Source of the DNA: Octopus sinensis
Taxonomy: Eukaryota
Length of the DNA: 64,000 nucleotides
Assembly (NCBI RefSeq): GCF_006345805.1
Contig: NC_043013.1
Coordinates: 5,704,001 to 5,768,000 of the forward strand
Direction: 5' to 3'
Shown: piece after piece, positions 24,466 to 38,606 of the stretch
Numbering within the stretch: position 1 is the first letter of the stretch
Layout of the letters: each line of letters begins with the position of its first letter
Translations under genes and position numbers: made by a program
Notes under the pieces: model-generated
What the model was told of the DNA's origin: nothing
Database searches by the model: none
Seen by the model: the letters and a program-made list of their open reading frames with translations, nothing else

Positions 24466-27400
24466 AACTCTTTTGTTGGTGAGAGCACTTGTGTATACAC
24501 GCCGTCACTGGCGAGAGCTCATAATAATGCACTGTTGCTGGTGAGAGCTCTTGTGTATACATGCTGTTGCTGGTGAGAGCTCTTGTGTATACACGCTGTT
24601 GCTGGTGAGAGTTCTTGTGTATACATGCTGTTGCTGGTGAGAGCTCTTGTGTATACATGCTGTTGCTGGTGAGAGCACTTGTGTATACACGCTGTTGCTG
24701 GTGAGAGCTCTTCTGTATACATGCTGTTGCTGGTGAGAGCTCTTGTGTATACATGCTGTTGCTGGTGAGAGCTCTTGTGTATACATGCTGTTGCTGGTGA
24801 GAGCTCTTGTGTATACACGCTGTTTCTGGTGAGAGCTCTTGTGTATACACGCTGTTGCTGGTGAGAGCTCTTGTGTATACACGCTGTTGCTGGTGAGAGT
24901 TCTTGTGTATACACGCTGTTGCTGGTGAGAGCTCTTGTGTATACACGCTGTTGCTGGTGAGAGCTCTTGTGTATACATGCTGTTGCTGGTGAGAGCTCTT
25001 GTGTATACATGCTGTTGCTGGTGAGAGCTCTTGTGTATACATGCTGTTGCTGGTGAGAGCTCTTGTGTATACACGCTGTTGCTGGTGAGAGCTCTTGTGT
25101 ATACATGCTGTTGCTGGTGGGAGCTCTTGTGTGAATACACACTGTTGCTGGTGAGAGCTCTTGTGTATACACACTGTTGCTGGTGAGAGCTCTTGTGTAT
25201 ACACACTGTTTCTGGTGAGAGCTCTTGTGTATACACGCTGTTGCTGGTGAGAGCTCTTGTGTATACACGCTGTTGCTGGTGAGAGTTCTTGTGTATACAC
25301 GCTGTTGCTGGTGAGAAGTCTTGTGTATACATGCTGTTGCTGGTGAGAGCTCTTGTGTATACATGCTGTTGCTGGTGAGAGCTCTTGTGTATACATGCTG
25401 TTGCTGGTGAGAGCTCTTGTGTATACATGCTGTTGCTGGTGGGAGCTCTTGTGTATACACGCTGTTGCTGGTGAGAGCTCTTGTGTATACACGCTGTTGC
25501 TGGTGAGAGCTCTTGTGTATACATGCTGTTGCTGGTGAGAGCTCTTGTGTATACACGCTGTTGCTGGTGAGAGCTCTTGTGTATACATGTTGTTGCTGGT
25601 GAGAGCTCTTGTGTATACACGCTGTTGCTGGTGAGAGCTCTTGTGTATACATGCTGTTGCTGGTGAGAGCTCTTGTGTATACACGCTGTTGCTGGTGAGA
25701 GCTCTTGTGTATACATGTTGTTGCTGGTGAGAGCTCTTGTGTATACATGCTGTTGCTGGTGAGAGCTCTTGTGTATACATACTGTTGCTGGTGAGAGCTC
25801 TTGTGTATACACACTGTTGCTGGTGAGAGCTCTTGTGTATACATGCTGTTGCTGGTGAGAGCTCTTGTGTATACATGTTGTTGCTGGTGAGAACTCTTGT
25901 GTATACACACTGTTGCTGGTGAGAGCTCTTGTGTATACATGCTGTTGCTGGTGAGAGCTCTTGTGTATACATGTTGTTGCTGGTGAGAGCTCTTGTGTAT
26001 ACACACTGTTGCTGGTGAGAGCTCTTGTGTATACATGCTGTTGCTGGTGAGAGCTCTTGTGTATACATGTTGTTGCTGGTGAGAGCTTGTGTATACACAC
26101 TGTTGCTGGTGAGAGCTCTTGTGTATACGCTGGTTGCTGGTGAGAGCTCTTGTGTATACTGCTGTTGCTGGTGAGAGCTCTTGTGTATACATGCTGTTGC
26201 TGGTGAGAGCTCTTGTGTATACATGTTGTTGCTGGTGAGAGCTCTTGTGTATACACACTGTTGCTGGTGAGAAGTCTTGTGTATACATGCTGTTGCTGGT
26301 GAGAAGTCTTGTGTATACATGCTGTTGCTGGTGAGAGCTCTTGTGTATACATGTTGTTGCTGGTGAGAGCTCTTGTGTATACATGCTGTTGCTGGTGAGA
26401 GCTCTTGTGTATACACGCTGTTGCTGGTGGGAGCTCTTGTGTATACACGCTGTTGCTGGTGAGAAGTCTTGTGTATACATGCTGTTGCTGGTGAGAAGTC
26501 TTGTGTATACATGCTGTTGCTGGTGAGAGCTCTTGTGTATACATGTTGTTGCTGGTGAGAGCTCTTGTGTATACATGCTGTTGCTGGTGAGAGCTCTTGT
26601 GTATACACACTGTTGCTGGTGGGAGCTCTTGTGTATACACGCTGTTGCTGGTGAGAAGTCTTGTGTATACATGCTGTTGCTGGTGAGAAGTCTTGTGTAT
26701 ACATGTTGTTGCTGGTGAGAGCTCTTGTGTATACACACTGTTGCTGGTGAGAGCTCTTGTGTATACATGCTGTTGCTGGTGAGAGCTCTTGTGTATACAC
26801 GCTGTTGCTGGTGAGAGTTCTTGTGTATACACACTGTTGCTGGTGAGAAGTCTTGTGTATACATGCTGTTGCTGGTGAGAAGTCTTGTGTATACATGCTG
26901 TTGCTGGTGAGAGCTCTTGTGTATACATGTTGTTGCTGGTGAGAGCTCTTGTGTATACATGCTGTTGCTGGTGAGAGCTCTTGTGTATACACACTGTTGC
27001 TGGTGGGAGCTCTTGTGTATACACGCTGTTGCTGGTGAGAAGTCTTGTGTATACATGCTGTTGCTGGTGAGAAGTCTTGTGTATACATGCTGTTGCTGGT
27101 GAGAGCTCTTGTGTATACACACTGTTGCTGGTGAAAGCTCTTGTGTATACATGTTGTTGCTGGTGAGAGCTCTTGTGTATACATGCTGTTGCTGGTGAGA
27201 AGTCTTGTGTATACATGCTGTTGCTGGTGAAAGCTCTTGTGTATACATGCTGTTGCTGGTGAGAGCTCTTGTGTATACATGTTGTTGCTGGTGAGAGCTC
27301 TTGTGTATACATGTTGTTGCTGGTGAGAGCTCTTGTGTATACATGCTGTTGCTGGTGAGAGCTCTTGTGTATACACACTGTTGCTGGTGAGAGCTCTTGT

Positions 27401-30400
27401 GTATACATGCTGTTGCTGGTGAGAGCTCTTGTGTATACATGTTGTTGCTGGTGAGAGCTCTTGTGTATACACACTGTTGCTGGTGAGAGCTCTTGTGTAT
27501 ACATGCTGTTGCTGGTGAGAAGTCTTGTGTATACACACTGTTGCTGGTGAAAGCTCTTGTGTATACATGCTGTTGCTGGTGAGAGCTCTTGTGTATACAT
27601 GCTGTTGCTGGTGAGAGCTCTTGTGTATACATGCTGTTGCTGGAGAGAAGTCTTGTGTATACACACTGTTGCTGGTGAGAGCTCTTGTGTATACACACTG
27701 TTGCTGGTGAGAGCTCTTGTGTATACATGCTGTTGCTGGTGAGAGCTCTTGTGTATACACACTGTTGCTGGTGAGAGCTCTTGTGTATACACACTGTTGC
27801 TGGTGAGAGCTCTTGTGTATACACACTGTTGCTGGTGAGAGCTCTTGTGTATACACACTGTTGCTGGTGAGAGCTCTTGTGTATACATGCTGTTGCTGGT
27901 GAGAGCTCTTGTGTATACACACTGTTGCTGGTGAGAGCTCTTGTGTATACATGCTGTTGCTGGTGAGAGCTCTTGTGTATACACACTGTTGCTGGTGAGT
28001 GCTCTTGTGTATACATGCTGTTGCTGGTGAGAGCTCTTGTGTATACACACTGTTGCTGGTGAGAGCTCTTGTGTATACACACTGTTGCTGGTGAGAGCTC
28101 TTGTGTATACATGTTGTTGCTGGTGAGAGCTCTTGTGTATACACACTGTTGCTGGTGAGAGCTCTTGTGTATACATGCTGTTGCTGGTGAGAAGTCTTGT
28201 GTATACATGCTGTTGCTGGTGAGTGCTCTTGTGTATACATGCTGTTGCTGGTGAGAGCTCTTGTGTATACACACTGTTGCTGGTGAGAGCTCTTGTGTAT
28301 ACACGCTGTTGCTGGTGAGAGTTCTTGTGTATACATGCTGTTGCTGGTGAGTGCTCTTGTGTATACACACTGTTGCTGGTGAGAGCTCTTGTGTATACAT
28401 GTTGTTGCTGGTGAGAGTTCTTGTGTATACACGCTGTTGCTGGTGAGAGTTCTTGTGTATACATGCTGTTGCTGGTGAGTGCTCTTGTGTATACATGCTG
28501 TTGCTGGTGAGAAGTCTTGTGTATACATGTTGTTGCTGGTGAGAGTTCTTGTGTATACATGCTGTTGCTGGTGAGAGCTCTTGTGTATACATGCTGTTGC
28601 TGGTGAGAGCTCTTGTGTATACATGCTGTTGCTGGTGAGAAGTCTTGTGTATACATGCTGTTGCTGGTGAGAGTTCTTGTGTATACATGCTGTTGCTGGT
28701 GAGAGCTCTTGTGTATACATGTTGTTGCTGGTGAGAGTTCTTGTGTATACATGCTGTTGCTGGTGAGAGCTCTTGTGTATACATGCTGTTGCTGGTGAGA
28801 GCTCTTGTGTATACACGCTGTTGCTGGTGAGAGTTCTTGTGTATACATGCTGTTGCTGGTGAGAAGTCTTGAGTATACATGCTGTTGCTGGTGAGAGCTC
28901 TTGTGTATACACGCTGTTGCTGGTGAGAAGTCTTGTGTATACATGCTGTTGCTGGTGAGAGCTCTTGTGTATACACGCTGTTGCTGGTGAGAGTTCTTGT
29001 GTATACATGCTGTTGCTGGTGAGAAGTCTTGTGTATACATGCTGTTGCTGGTGAGAGCTCTTGTGTATACACGCTGTTGCTGGTGAGAGCTCTTGTGTAT
29101 ACACGCTGTTGCTGGTGAGAGTTCTTGTGTATACATGCTGTTGCTGGTGTGAGAGCTCTTGTGTATACATGCTGTTGCTGGTGAGAGCTCTTGTGTATAC
29201 ACGCTGTTGCTGGTGAGAGTTCTTGTGTATACATGCTGTTGCTGGTGAGAAGTCTTGTGTACATGTTGTTGCTGGTGAGAGTTCTTGTGTATACATGCTG
29301 TTGCTGGTGAGAGCTCTTGTGTATACATGTTGTTGCTGGTGAGAGTTCTTGTGTATACATGCTGTTGCTGGTGAGAGCTCTTGTGTATACATGCTGTTGC
29401 TGGTGAGAGCTCTTGTGTATACACGCTGTTGCTGGTGAGAGTTCTTGTGTATACATGCTGTTGCTAGTGAGAAGTCTTGTGTATACATGCTGTTGCTGGT
29501 GAGAGCTCTTGTGTATACACGCTGTTGCTGGTGAGAGTTCTTGTGTATACATGCTGTTGCTGGTGAGAAGTCTTGTGTATACATGCTGTTGCTGGTGAGA
29601 GCTCTTGTGTATACACGCTGTTGCTGGTGAGAGCTCTTGTGTATACACGCTGTTGCTGGTGAGAGCTCTTGTGTATACACGCTGTTGCTGGTGAGAGTTC
29701 TTGTGTATACATGCTGTTGCTGGTGAGAAGTCTTGTGTATACATGCTGTTGCTGGTGAGAGCTCTTGTGTATACATGCTGTTGCTGGTGAGAGCTCTTGT
29801 GTATACATGCTGTTGCTGGTGAGAAGTCTTGTGTATACATGCTGTTGCTGGTGAGAGCTCTTGTGTATACACGCTGTTGCTGGTGAGAAGTCTTGTGTAT
29901 ACATGCTGTTGCTGGTGAGAGCTCTTGTGTATACACGCTGTTGCTGGTGAGAGTTCTTGTGTATACATGCTGTTGCTGGTGAGAAGTCTTGTGTATACAT
30001 GCTGTTGCTGGTGAGAGCTCTTGTGTATACATGCTGTTGCTGGTGAGAGCTCTTGTGTATACATGCTGTTGCTGGTGAGAGCTCTTGTGTATACACGCTG
30101 TTGCTGGTGAGAGCTCTTGTGTATACACGCTGTTGCTGGTGAGAGCTCTTGTGTATACACGCTGTTGCGGGTGAGAGCTCTTGTGTATACATGCTGTTGC
30201 TGGTGAGAGCTCTTGTGTATACACGCTGTTGCTGGTGAGAGTTCTTGTGTATACACGCTGTTGCTGGTGAGAAGTCTTGTGTATACATGCTGTTGCTGGT
30301 GAGAGCTCTTGTGTATACACGCTGTTGCTGGTGAGAAGTCTTGTGTATACATGCTGTTGCTGGTGAGAGCTCTTGTGTATACACGCTGTTGCTGGTGAGA

Positions 30401-33400
30401 GCTCTTATGTATACACACTGTTGCTGGTGAGAGTTCTTGTGTATACATGCTGTTGCTGGTGAGAGCTCTTGTGTATACATGCTGTTGCTGGTGAGAGTTC
30501 TTGTGTATACATGCTGTTGCTGGTGAGAGCTCTTGTGTATACACACTGTTGCTGGTGAGAGTTCTTGTGTATACATGCTGTTGCTGGTGAGAGTTCTTGT
30601 GTATACATGCTGTTGCTGGTGAGAGCTCTTGTGTATACACACTGTTGCTGGTGAGAGCTCTTGTGTATACACACTGTTGCTGGTGAGAGCTCTTGTGTAT
30701 ACACGCTGTTGCTGGTGAGAGCTCTTGTGTATACACGCTGTTGCTGGTGAGAGTTCTTGTGTATACATGCTGTTGCTGGTGAGAGCTCTTGTGTATACAT
30801 GCTGTTGCTGGTGAGAGCTCTTGTGTATACACGCTGTTGCTGGTGAGAGTTCTTGTGTATACATGCTGTTGCTGGTGAGAAGTCTTGTGTATACATGCTG
30901 TTGCTGGTGAGAGCTCTTGTGTATACCTGCTGTTGCTGGTGAGAGCTCTTGTGTATACATGCTGTTGCTGGTGAGAAGTCTTGTGTATACATGCTGTTGC
31001 TGGTGAGAGCTCTTGTGTATACATGCTGTTGCTGGTGAGAAGTCTTGTGTATACATGCTGTTGCTGGTGAGAGCTCTTGTGTATACACGCTGTTGCTGGT
31101 GAGAGCTCTTGTGTATACACGCTGTTGCTGGTGAGAGCTCTTGTGTATACATGCTGTTGCTGGTGAGAAGTCTTGTGTATACATGCTGTTGCTGGTGAGA
31201 AGTCTTGTGTATACACGCTGTTGCTGGTGAGAGCTCTTGTGTATACACGCTGTTGCTGGTGAGAGCTCTTGTGTATACACGCTGTTGTGCTGTGAGAGTT
31301 CTTGTGTATACATGCTGTTGCTGGTGAGAGTTCTTGTGTATACATGCTGTTGCTGGTGAGAGCTCTTGTGTATACATGCTGTTGCTGGTGAGAGCTCTTG
31401 TGTATACACGCTGTTGCTGGTGAGAGTTCTTGTGTATACATGCTGTTGCTGGTGAGAAGTCTTGTGTATACATGCTGTTGCTGGTGAGAGCTCTTGTGTA
31501 TACACGCTGTTGCTGGTGAGAGCTCTTGTGTATACACGCTGTTGCTGGTGAGAGTTCTTGTGTATACATGCTGTTGCTGGTGAGAGCTCTTGTGTATACA
31601 TGCTGTTGCTGGTGAGAGCTCTTGTGTATACACGCTGTTGCTGGTGAGAGTTCTTGTGTATACATGCTGTTGCTGGTGAGAAGTCTTGTGTATACATGTT
31701 GTTGCTGGTGAGAGTTCTTGTGTATACATGCTGTTGCTGGTGAGAGCTCTTGTGTATACATGTTGTTGCTGGTGAGAGTTCTTGTGTATACATGCTGTTG
31801 CTGGTGAGAGCTCTTGTGTATACATGCTGTTGCTGGTGAGAGCTCTTGTGTATACACGCTGTTGCTGGTGAGAGTTCTTGTGTATACATGCTGTTGCTGG
31901 TGAGAAGTCTTGTGTATACATGCTGTTGCTGGTGAGAGCTCTTGTGTATACACGCTGTTGCTGGTGAGAGTTCTTGTGTATACATGCTGTTGCTGGTGAG
32001 AAGTCTTGTGTATACATGCTGTTGCTGGTGAGAGCTCTTGTGTATACACGCTGTTGCTGGTGAGAGCTCTTGTGTATACACGCTGTTGCTGGTGAGAGCT
32101 CTTGTGTATACACGCTGTTGCTGGTGAGAGTTCTTGTGTATACATGCTGTTGCTGGTGAGAGCTCTTGTGTATACATGCTGTTGCTGGTGAGAGCTCTTG
32201 TGTATACATGCTGTTGCTGGTGAGAGCTCTTGTGTATACATGCTGTTGCTGGTGAGAAGTCTTGTGTATACATGCTGTTGCTGGTGAGAGCTCTTGTGTA
32301 TACACGCTGTTGCTGGTGAGAAGTCTTGTGTATACATGCTGTTGCTGGTGAGAGCTCTTGTGTATACACGCTGTTGCTGGTGAGAGTTCTTGTGTATACA
32401 TGCTGTTGCTGGTGAGAGTTCTTGTGTATACATGCTGTTGCTGGTGAGAGCTCTTGTGTATACATGCTGTTGCTGGTGAGAGCTCTTGTGTATACATGCT
32501 GTTGCTGGTGAGAAGTCTTGTGTATACATGCTGTTGCTGGTGAGAGCTCTTGTGTATACACGCTGTTGCTGGTGAGAGCTCTTGTGTATACACGCTGTTG
32601 CTGGTGAGAGCTCTTGTGTATACATGCTGTTGCTGGTGAGAGCTCTTGTGTATACACGCTGTTGCTGGTGAGAGTTCTTGTGTATACACGCTGTTGCTGG
32701 TGAGAAGTCTTGTGTATACATGCTGTTGCTGGTGAGAGCTCTTGTGTATACACGCTGTTGCTGGTGAGAAGTCTTGTGTATACATGCTGTTGCTGGTGAG
32801 AGCTCTTGTGTATACACGCTGTTGCTGGTGAGAGCTCTTGTGTATACACACTGTTGCTGGTGAGAGTTCTTGTGTATACATGCTGTTGCTGGTGAGAGCT
32901 CTTGTGTATACATGCTGTTGCTGGTGAGAGTTCTTGTGTATACATGCTGTTGCTGGTGAGAGCTCTTGTGTATACACACTGTTCTGGTGAGAGTTCTTGT
33001 GTATACATGCTGTTGCTGTGAGAGTTCTTGTGTATACATGCTGTTGCTGGTGAGAGCTCTTGTGTATACACACTGTTGCTGGTGAGAGCTCTTGTGTATA
33101 CACGCTGTTGCTGGTGAGAGCTCTTGTGTATACACGCTGTTGCTGGTGAGAGTTCTTGTGTATACATGCTGTTGCTGGTGAGAGCTCTTGTGTATACATG
33201 CTGTTGCTGGTGAGAGCTCTTGTGTATACACGCTGTTGCTGGTGAGAGTTCTTGTGTATACATGCTGTTGCTGGTGAGAAGTCTTGTGTATACATGCTGT
33301 TGCTGGTGAGAGCTCTTGTGTATACATGCTGTTGCTGGTGAGAGCTCTTGTGTATACATGCTGTTGCTGGTGAGAAGGCTTGTGTATACATGCTGTTGCT

Positions 33401-35590
33401 GGTGAGAGTTCTTCTTGTGTATACATGCTGTTGCTGGTGAGAAGTCTTGTGTATACATGCTGTTGCTGGTGAGAGCTCTTGTGTATACATGCTGTTGCTG
33501 GTGAGAGCTCTTGTGTATACATGCTGTTGCTGGTGAGAAGTCTTGTGTATACATGCTGTTGCTGGTGAGAGCTCTTGTGTATACATGCTGTTGCTGGTGA
33601 GAAGTCTTGTGTATACATGCTGTTGCTGGTGAGAGCTCTTGTGTATACACGCTGTTGCTGGTGAGAGCTCTTGTGTATACACGCTGTTGCTGGTGAGAGC
33701 TCTTGTGTATACATGCTGTTGCTGGTGAGAGCTCTTGTGTATACATGCTGTTGCTGGTGAGAAGTCTTGTGTATACACGCTGTTGCTGGTGAGAGCTCTT
33801 GTGTATACACGCTGTTGCTGGTGAGAGCTCTTGTGTATACACGCTGTTGCTGGTGAGAGCTCTTGTGTATACATGCTGTTGCTGGTGAGAGCTCTTGTGT
33901 ATACACGCTGTTGCTGGTGAGAGTTCTTGTGTATACACGCTGTTGCTGGTGAGAAGTCTTGTGTATACATGCTGTTGCTGGTGAGAGCTCTTGTGTTACA
34001 CGCTGTTGCTGGTGAGAAGTCTTGTGTATACATGCTGTTGCTGGTGAGAGCTCTTGTGTATACACGCTGTTGCTGGTGAGAGCTCTTGTGTATACACACT
34101 GTTGCTGGTGAGAGGTCTTGTGTATACATGCTGTTGCTGGTGAGAGCTCTTGTGTATACATGCTGTTGCTGGTGAGAGTTCTTGTGTATACATGCTGTTG
34201 CTGGTGAGAGCTCTTGTGTATACACACTGTTGCTGGTGAGAGTTCTTGTGTATACATGCTGTTGCTGGTGAGAGTTCTTGTTATACATGCTGTTGCTGTT
34301 GCTGGTGAGAGCTCTTGTGTATACACACTGTTGCTGGTGAGAGCTCTTGTGTATACACGCTGTTGCTGGTGAGAGCTCTTGTGTATACACGCTGTTGCTG
34401 GTGAGAGTTCTTGTGTATACATGCTGTTGCTGGTGAGAGCTCTTGTGTATACATGCTGTTGCTGGTGAGAGCTCTTGTGTATACACGCTGTTGCTGGTGA
34501 GAGTTCTTGTGTATACATGCTGTTGCTGGTGAGAAGTCTTGTGTATACATGCTGTTGCTGGTGAGAGCTCTTGTGTATACATGCTGTTGCTGGTGAGAGC
34601 TCTTGTGTATACATGCTGTTGCTGGTGAGAAGTCTTGTGTATACATGCTGTTGCTGGTGAGAGCTCTTGTGTATACATGCTGTTGCTGGTGAGAAGTCTT
34701 GTGTATACATGCTGTTGCTGGTGAGAGCTCTTGTGTATACATGCTGTTGCTGGTGAGAAGTCTTGTGTATACATGCTGTTGCTGGTGAGAGCTCTTGTGT
34801 ATACACGCTGTTGCTGGTGAGAGCTCTTGTGTATACACGCTGTTGCTGGTGAGAGTTCTTGTGTATACATGCTGTTGCTGGTGAGAAGTCTTGTGTATAC
34901 ATGCTGTTGCTGGTGAGAAGTCTTGTGTATACACGCTGTTGCTGGTGAGAGCTCTTGTGTATACACGCTGTTGCTGGTGAGAGCTCTTGTGTATACACGC
35001 TGTTGCTGGTAAGAGTTCTTGTGTATACATGCTGTTGCTGGTGAGAGTTCTTGTGTATACATGCTGTTGCTGGTGAGAGCTCTTGTGTATACATGCTGTT
35101 GCTGGTGAGAGCTCTTGTGTATACACGCTGTTGCTGGTGAGAGTTCTTGTGTATACATGCTGTTGCTGGTGAGAGCTCTTGTGTATACACGCTGTTGCTG
35201 GTGAGAGTTCTTGTGTATACATGCTGTTGCTGGTGAGAAGTCTTGTGTATACATGCTGTTGCTGGTGAGAGCTCTTGTGTGAATACACACTTGCTGGTGA
35301 GAGCTCTTGTGTATACACACTGTTGCTGGTGAGAGCTCTTGTGTATACACGCTGTTGCTGGTGAGAGCTCTTGTGTATACACGCTGTTGCTGGTGAGAGC
35401 TCTTGTGTATACATGCTGTTGCTGGTGAGAGCTCTTGTGTATACATGCTGTTGCTGGTGAGAAGTCTTGTGTATACATGCTGTTGCTGGTGAGAGCTCTT
35501 GTGTATACACACTGTTGCTGGTGAAAGCTCTTGTGTATACATGCTGTTGCTGGTGAGAGCTCTTGTGTATGCTCACTGATGTGTATACAA
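24466..35590. repeat. 11-kb tandem satellite, 32-bp unit, roughly 345 copies, intronic
   Basis: Unit gctggtgagagctcttgtgtatacatgctgtt; degenerate at both edges; explains the 32-aa-periodic ORFs in all three minus frames. Confidence 0.98.
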
Positions 35591-37731
35591 GTTAACATCA
35601 TCAAAGTTGGGACAGACCCTGGCATACATTTGTCTACCAAACAATGGTATTTTGAGAATAAAGACATATGGGGAGGTGGGAGGGATTGGGCTCTGACAGA
35701 AGCTCTAGATCAAACACTTCAGTTCAAACATTCTTTACTTCACTCCCACACACCCACCCATCCGCTTGCCAACGCTGCACATCTCCAGCCTCCTTTTACC
35801 ATCACTCCTCCTCAAAGCATCTCTCTCACACCAAAATACCTCCCCTTTCCTGTGTCCCTTCACCTCTCTATCACTCTTCCCAATACTACTCACTCCCTGA
35901 AACACTTCCCTCTCTTCCACTGTCGTCTCTCCCCAACCCCTTCCTTTCCCTTCATTGCCCCCTAATCCCAGTATTCCCCACCTCCCTCCCTCCCTTCCAC
36001 CTTAGTCATAGATTCCATAAGAAAAGGAATTGCTACCAAAGACAGACATCCTTCCTATGACACCAGGCACCAACATATTCCAGCAATTTCCTAAGTCAAC
36101 ACCTGGTGATGACTGACAGACAGACAGACAACTAAGTTTGGAGATTGTCCTGGATAAGCTAATCCTTAACATCAAAGTATTTGATCTCCTCAAGAATCTT
36201 CCTAATGTGGTTGTTGTTATTAAACAATGATCTAAGTTGGTGATGTTTAGCCAAACTGTGTCCATAGAAAGAAATGGGATTTCAATCAATAAGGAGGTCA
36301 CCATTGTGAGTGAAACCTTCCAGTGCAAACACTGTCTCTGTTGGTGGAGACAGACTATTGCACACGTATGCATGCACACACACACACACAGAGGACACAT
36401 ACAAACACACTTGCAAACATATACACAGACAAACACAAACACACAGACATACACACATACACTAACAGACACACACATACAAACACACTCAGTCATCTTA
36501 TCCTGCTCCTGTTCTGTACCTTGTATTCTCCCACTTTCCTCCCCCTCACACTGACCCTCTCTATTTCATTCTGTCTCTTTTTTTCTCTCCCTCTACAGCT
36601 TTCTCTCCTTCCCATAGTATATCTATTCTTTTCTCCCTTCTTGGTTTCCATACCATTAACCCTTTAGTGTTCTGATTATTCTATCAAACATAATGCCTAT
36701 TGATTCCCATTGATTTGAATTAATCATGCATTATCTCATATCTTCAAGATCTTGCTGGTGCAATTACTTAATGTAGAATAGCATTGTAGGGTAAGTGTGA
36801 GAGCCTGGATCTGGTCAGTTTGAACATAAAACAGATTAGCTATTTTGGCCGGATATGGCCAGTTTAAATACTAAAGGGTTAAAGGATGGAAATCTGGTAC
36901 GAAAGATCATTAGTGTTGAGAAAAAAAGCCTTGCAGCATTTGCCATGGCTTTTGATGTTCTGAGTTCAAAACCAACCAATGCCAACTTTGCTCCAAAGGT
37001 TGATAAAATACATTTACTAGTCAAATATTGTAGTCAACTTAATTGACTAACCCCCTTCATCATCATCATCATCATTTAGCATCCGTTTTTCATGCTGGCA
37101 TGAGTCAGGCAGTTAAGTTGGAACTGGTAAGCTGGGGAGCTGTACTACCGGGTTCCAGTCTGACTTGGCATGGTTTCTATAACTGGATGCCCTTCCTAAT
37201 GCCAAGCACTCCAAAAGTGTAATGGGTGCTCTTTATACATGGCCACCATGGCCTGTTTTGTGTCTGGGTGTGCATTGGTCATTCGGTCGTGTCTGTTTAT
37301 GTTCTTTGACTGCTAATGTGTTTGGTCATTCATGTTGGATATGTGGTTTTATGTTGGCTGCTCAATTGGCGGAAGTTAACTGCTGGCTGTCTGCTTGTCT
37401 CTTGACCATTTGCCTGGTGATGGCTATCTGCAGTCCCTTGACAGATTGCCGGTGGATGGTTATCTGCCCCCTGTTGTATGTCTGACTCTATTTATAATGG
37501 TCATTACAGTTAGGACAGACATACCACAGAAGTAATTTCTAGCTATGTAGGTTGCCTCCTGGCCACTTGAACCTTAAATGACACAGCTCAGATCATAGGA
37601 AAATCCATCCATCACTTTTTGACAGGACAAAGAAATTTCTTTCACACCTGTTTGGCCAGTGGCGGATCAGACAAACGAGATTCCTTAGATTCGGTTTTCA
37701 AATCTCAGCTCAGAAAAAGGAAGAGTGAGTT

Positions 37732-37762
<31 letters not shown>

Positions 37763-37777
37763 TATATATAAATATTA

Positions 37778-38122
37778 TTTGAGGGAATAAAATCCAAACT
37801 TACAAGGAAAAAAAATTAAATTTAGAAATACTAAATCAAATTTCACACAATACAATATATATATATAAAAAATTAGAAAAACCACCTTTTATCAATTCAA
37901 AATGAACAATTAAATTACACCATCTAGAAAATTACATATAATAGAAAAATTAAAATTAAAATATTATATACGTTTTTATTATTATTTTTTGCAATTTACT
38001 TAATCTTTGACATTTTATTGTTATTTTAATTTTAATATTTCTATTATATGTAATTTTCTAGATGGTGTAATTTAATTGTTCATTTTGAATTGATAAAAGG
38101 TGTTTTTTTCTAATTTTATATA

Positions 38123-38196
<74 letters not shown>

Positions 38197-38370
38197 ATGT
38201 AAATTAGAGAAGAACCAACATTTTATCAATTCAATTGGTATATATATACTTACCAATTATATATTTTTATTCATTATCTTATAATTTACTTAATTATTGG
38301 TATATGTTTTTATTGTATATCTAATTTTTTTCTATATGGTATAATTTAATTATACCATTGATATGTTGAG
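37778..38370. repeat. AT-rich palindromic element with ~100-bp hairpin arms and a second weaker hairpin
   Basis: ttagaaaaaccacctttatcaattcaaaatgaacaattaaattacaccatctag is mirrored at ~38055-38115; a related element lies at 48287-48725. Confidence 0.75.
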
Positions 38371-38465
38371 CTGCAGCCTCTTGGAGTAAAGTTGAAAAAG
38401 TGTGATACACTGACATTCGCATTTATTATATTAGATGAAATGAATGAGAATCCCTTTTAACTTAC

Positions 38466-38606
38466 CTGTGTTTCTCAAAGTTCTTATGAGACAAGAATAT
38501 TGACATCGGTACATTTTAGATGTTTCATTGAAGTGATCGCTACACTCTATACCTTGTTTGGTTGAGGTGATCGTGTACTGGCAGTTATAACACATTTCAC
38601 GGCATT
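38466..38606 (-). CDS. Ly6/uPAR protein, second coding exon
   Basis: ctactttacag| ... |gtaagt; ECREMCYNCQYTITSTKQGIECSDHFNETSKMYRCQYSCLIRTLRNT; 141 bp, phase 1-1; CYxC start of the LU domain. Confidence 0.88.

Noticed and set aside
24466-35590. CRISPR array (32-bp partly palindromic repeats)
   Set aside because: Units are head to tail with no unique spacers, there are no cas genes, and the context is eukaryotic
24443-35667. Giant ORFs (3699, 2067, 1933, 1639, 1177 aa) as real proteins
   Set aside because: The 32-bp unit is not a multiple of 3, all frames give the same peptide, indels are tolerated freely, and the array lies in an intron of a well-formed gene
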